Source: Pseudonocardia sp. (lineage in GTDB: Bacteria > Actinomycetota > Actinomycetes > Mycobacteriales > Pseudonocardiaceae). From it: DNA of 40,426 bases. The first letter of the stretch is position 1; each line of letters starts with the position of its first letter. Positions 37,744-40,426 of the stretch are shown here, in pieces. The stretch spans positions 1-40,426 of the forward strand of contig DASRSC010000048.1 of the NCBI GenBank assembly GCA_035695525.1. The letters run 5' to 3'. The notes under the pieces are model-generated. The model was not told where the DNA came from, searched no databases, and saw nothing but the letters and a program-made list of their open reading frames with translations. Made by a program: the position numbers and the translations under genes.

Positions 37744-38010
37744 GCGGACTCCTGTCGTGCCCGAGGGCCGCGCTCGGCGGTCGTCGTGGGTGCGCCGGTG
37801 CGGGGCACCGTGACCTTGTGCAGGGTATCGCCGTAGGTCGGAGGGCTGCCGGGTCGCCGCGCGTCACACGTCGCGGACGGCGGGGAACGCGGGTGGGTGG
37901 ACATCGCAGGCGCCATGCTGTGGGCCGACCTCCGGACCGCCGAGCAGACCGGTCTACATCCCCAGCTGTTCGACCCGTCCCCGGCGGGCTACCTGCTCCC
38001 GGCGAGGGGC

Positions 38011-38192
38011 GCGTCAGCGTACGGGTACTCGGTCGCGTTCCTGGTCACCACGGGCTCGCAGTTCTCGGGCTCATCGCCGTAGCGTGGCTCGTGCCCAGAC
38101 CGCCCGCGGCCGTCGGCGACCCGACGGTGCAGGAACCGAGCACTGACGATCCGCACCCACTGCCCGACCTTGGGCGACGTCAGGGCGGCTGA
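38011..38192 (+). pseudogene. Possible relic of the last TM helix of an MFS-like membrane protein
   Basis: Adding one G at 38052-38054 joins ASAYGYSVAFLVTT to GLAVLGLIAVAWLVPRP, resembling an MFS terminal helix; no upstream gene body. Confidence 0.3.
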
Positions 38193-38589
38193 GGGGCGGG
38201 CTCACCGCCCGTGGACGTCGCGCCCAGCCTGCATGTCGCACCACGGCTCCGACCAGCTGGGCGGCGACGGCGGCCACCACCACGACGCCTAACGCGACGA
38301 CGTCCGCGCGGCCGCCTTCAAGCGTGCCGAAGCGGTGGAGCACGAAGCCGTCGTAACAGGCCCAGGACAGGGCGCCGGCAACGACGGCGCCGGTTGTGGT
38401 GGTGAGTGCCGCGAGGGCCATCGCCGCCGCCGCGGCCAGCACGATCCCGGTCGTCGGGTTGCCGTCGAACGCCCAGGCCGCGATGGCGGCGACGGCTCCG
38501 GCGGGCAGGCCGAGAACCCCACCGACCGCGCCGGACAGCACGGGCCGGGCGGGGCTTGCGTCGCCTGCAGTGGGTCGAGGTGCGAGCAC
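38071..38589 (-). CDS. Small 4-TM membrane protein resembling a stand-alone KdpD TM (DUF4118-like) domain
   Basis: Four Ala/Val-rich helices with WACYDGFVLHRFGTL; C-terminal about 45 aa look like read-through. Confidence 0.65.
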   Translation of the reverse strand: MLAPRPTAGDASPARPVLSGAVGGVLGLPAGAVAAIAAWAFDGNPTTGIVLAAAAAMALAALTTTTGAVVAGALSWACYDGFVLHRFGTLEGGRADVVALGVVVVAAVAAQLVGAVVRHAGWARRPRAVSPPLSRPDVAQGRAVGADRQCSVPAPSGRRRPRAVWARATLRR

Positions 38590-38630
38590 AACGACAACGA
38601 TCCGGCGGTCGGAGCCCCACGCGCGGACTG

Positions 38631-38668
38631 TTGACGTTGTCCTGACGGAGCTGTTCCGACCCCTGACG
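38631..38668. promoter_or_regulatory. TGACG direct repeats upstream of the KdpD-TM-like gene
   Basis: TGACG at 38632, 38643, 38664 (11 and 21 bp apart); same motif and orientation as upstream of lysA. Confidence 0.6.
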
Positions 38669-38691
38669 CCCCCGTCCTGCGGACGGCGTAC

Positions 38692-38721
38692 TACTGTGTC
38701 TTGCGTAGTACCGTGCGGTAC
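38692..38721. promoter_or_regulatory. Putative PadR operator
   Basis: TACT-N11-AGTA (38692-38710) overlapping GTACCG-TG-CGGTAC (38708-38721), about 50 bp upstream of padR. Confidence 0.5.
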
Positions 38722-38768
38722 GCAGATGAGGCGGACAGGCGCCAGGGCGATCGGAGAGAGGGGGCGGT

Positions 38769-39089
38769 GTGGACACGAGCCAGCTGCTCAAGGGGGTGCT
38801 CGACCTGGCTGTGCTCGCGGTGCTGGACCGCGCGGACGGCTACGGCTACGAGGTGGTGCGCGGGCTGCGCGCGGCCGGTCTGGAGGAGGTGGGAGACGCG
38901 TCCGTCTACGGCACCCTGCGCCGGCTCTACAACGCGGGGCTGCTGACCTCCTACGTCGTCCCCAGCGAGGAGGGGCCGCACCGCAAGTACTACAGCGTGA
39001 ACGCCCCCGGCAGGGAACGGCTGCGCGAGATGGTCAAGACGTGGCGTGCGTTCGCGGAGACGATGGAAGGGCTGGTGGGGGCCGCATGA
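38769..39089 (+). CDS. PadR-family transcriptional regulator (short subfamily)
   Basis: QLLKGVLDL, YGYE, SVYGTLRRL, GPHRKYYS; 106 aa. Confidence 0.95.
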   Translation: MDTSQLLKGVLDLAVLAVLDRADGYGYEVVRGLRAAGLEEVGDASVYGTLRRLYNAGLLTSYVVPSEEGPHRKYYSVNAPGRERLREMVKTWRAFAETMEGLVGAA

Positions 39090-40363
39090 ACGGGGACAAC
39101 GAGGGCACGGGCCGCAGCGCGACGGGCGCCGGCGGAACCGGCGCGCCCACCGTGAGGTTGCTGAAGGGTCCGGCCGAGGAGTACCTCGCGGGGATCCGGT
39201 CCGCGCTGGCGGACCTGCCGGCGCCGGAGCTGGCCGACATCCTCGACGACGTCCGCGCGCACCTGGCCGACCTCACCGCCGAGCTCGGCAGCGAGGCGAA
39301 TCATGCGGGGCTCGTTGTGCGGCTGGGCACCCCCGCGGCATACGCGGGGGAGCTGCGGGCGGCCGCCGGCTACCCGCCTGCTCCCGCCCCCGCCGCGGCA
39401 CGCGAGCGGTCGCGGTCGGCGGCGGCGTGGTTCGCGGTCGCGGGGCTCGTTGGGTCGGTCCTGCTGGTGGCGCTCGGTGCCGCCGCGTCCGCGCCCGAGG
39501 CCGTCGTGCTCGGGCTGCTCGTCGCGCTGGCCGGGCTTCCGCTGCTCACCCGGGACGACCCGGGGGTGCCCACGGTGGCCGCGCTGCCGCTGGTGCGCCG
39601 GCTCACCGGCAGCAGGCCCGCCCCGGGAACGACAGCGCGCGGCGTCGCGGACTTCCTGGTGAGCCTGCAGCCGGCGTGGTGGGTGATCCGTGCCGTCGTC
39701 GCTGCGGCGCTGGTGCTGGCCGTGCTCGTGAGCGCCGACCCGGCCCTGGTCGTGCTGCTGTCGCTGGTGACGGTGCCGACGTCGGTCTGGCTCGGCCATC
39801 GCACGCGCCATGACCGGCGTCTGCTCTGGGCGGTGGTGCCGCTCAACGCTCTCGCGGCGGTGCTGGCGCTGGACGCACTGCTCTCGACCGGATCGGGCGT
39901 GCTGGGGTACTCCGCGCCGACCAGCGGCTACTCGGCCCAGTTCCACCAGCCGGGGCTGTGGCAGGACACGGACCGGCAGATCCTCGACATCCGGCCCGTC
40001 GACGCCGCCGGCAACCCGCTGACCGGGGTGTACCTGTTCGACCAGGACGGGCGGGCGATCGACACCTCCGGCAGCTTCTCCTGCGAGGACGATCTCCGGT
40101 CCGGCGAGTCGGCGGCGAGCGCGGCCCGCCCCTACCCGCGCGGCACGACCGACTACGACCCGCGCACCGGCGACTGCGTGACCATTCCGCCAGGGCCCCT
40201 GCTCGTGGCAGTGCCGTCGGCCACCCTGCAGCCGACCTCCGCAGCCAGCACTACAGCGGCCCCGCCGGCCACCCCGGCCGTGCCGCCCTCACCTGTGCCG
40301 TCGGCAGTCCCGCCGGCCCCGCCGGCCCCGCCGGTCCCGCCGGTGGTCCCGCCCACCGGTTGA
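39086..40363 (+). CDS. HAAS (DUF1700-like) domain membrane protein with Pro-rich tail
   Basis: EEYLAGIRSALADLP...DILDDVRAHL...LGTPAAYAGEL helical domain, about 5 TMs, small domain with two Cys, Pro/Ala tail; ATGA overlap with padR. Confidence 0.85.
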   Translation: MNGDNEGTGRSATGAGGTGAPTVRLLKGPAEEYLAGIRSALADLPAPELADILDDVRAHLADLTAELGSEANHAGLVVRLGTPAAYAGELRAAAGYPPAPAPAAARERSRSAAAWFAVAGLVGSVLLVALGAAASAPEAVVLGLLVALAGLPLLTRDDPGVPTVAALPLVRRLTGSRPAPGTTARGVADFLVSLQPAWWVIRAVVAAALVLAVLVSADPALVVLLSLVTVPTSVWLGHRTRHDRRLLWAVVPLNALAAVLALDALLSTGSGVLGYSAPTSGYSAQFHQPGLWQDTDRQILDIRPVDAAGNPLTGVYLFDQDGRAIDTSGSFSCEDDLRSGESAASAARPYPRGTTDYDPRTGDCVTIPPGPLLVAVPSATLQPTSAASTTAAPPATPAVPPSPVPSAVPPAPPAPPVPPVVPPTG

Positions 40364-40426
40364 CGGTCCTGGTCCGTCCCACCCGGGTGCCGCGCCGAGA
40401 GGCTGCGGTGCCTGCGGGCGGCCTGC

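Noticed and set aside
38396-39085. 230-aa N-terminal extension of the HAAS protein
   Set aside because: Overlaps padR and its promoter; ATG 39086 is coupled to the padR stop.

Overview
High-GC actinobacterial chromosome segment; gene content and protein style suggest Pseudonocardiaceae (inference). The backbone is a conserved housekeeping block: end of the mrp/mnh antiporter operon, gamma-carbonic anhydrase, ung, rpmB, DAK2 protein, recG, pyc, rsmD, coaD, sepIVA, then yceD, rpmF, rnc, mutM. Two accessory regions interrupt it. (1) About 18 kb (12.4-30.5 kb) lies between sepIVA and yceD, with no integrase or transposase. Its left half has three paralogous MinD/ParA-like ATPases, a 725-aa Zn-finger/TM/coiled-coil/low-complexity protein, an AfsR/SARP regulator lacking TPRs, a GntR regulator with a visible operator and a lipoprotein. 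Its right half is an ABC ATPase - sensor kinase - FtsX permease operon, two response regulators, a membrane protein and an internally deleted alternative-oxidase-like gene, linked by a recurring GTGGTGCTAGCACCAC-type palindrome. (2) After mutM come a second lysA divergent from a KimA/YdaO-like K+ transporter, corA, a stand-alone KdpD-like membrane protein (lysA, the transporter and this gene share 11-bp-spaced CGTCA repeats upstream) and a PadR + HAAS-domain pair. mutM carries an in-frame 3 x 33-bp palindromic repeat. No rRNA, tRNA or CRISPR array was seen. Family calls are by motif recognition only; no searches were run.
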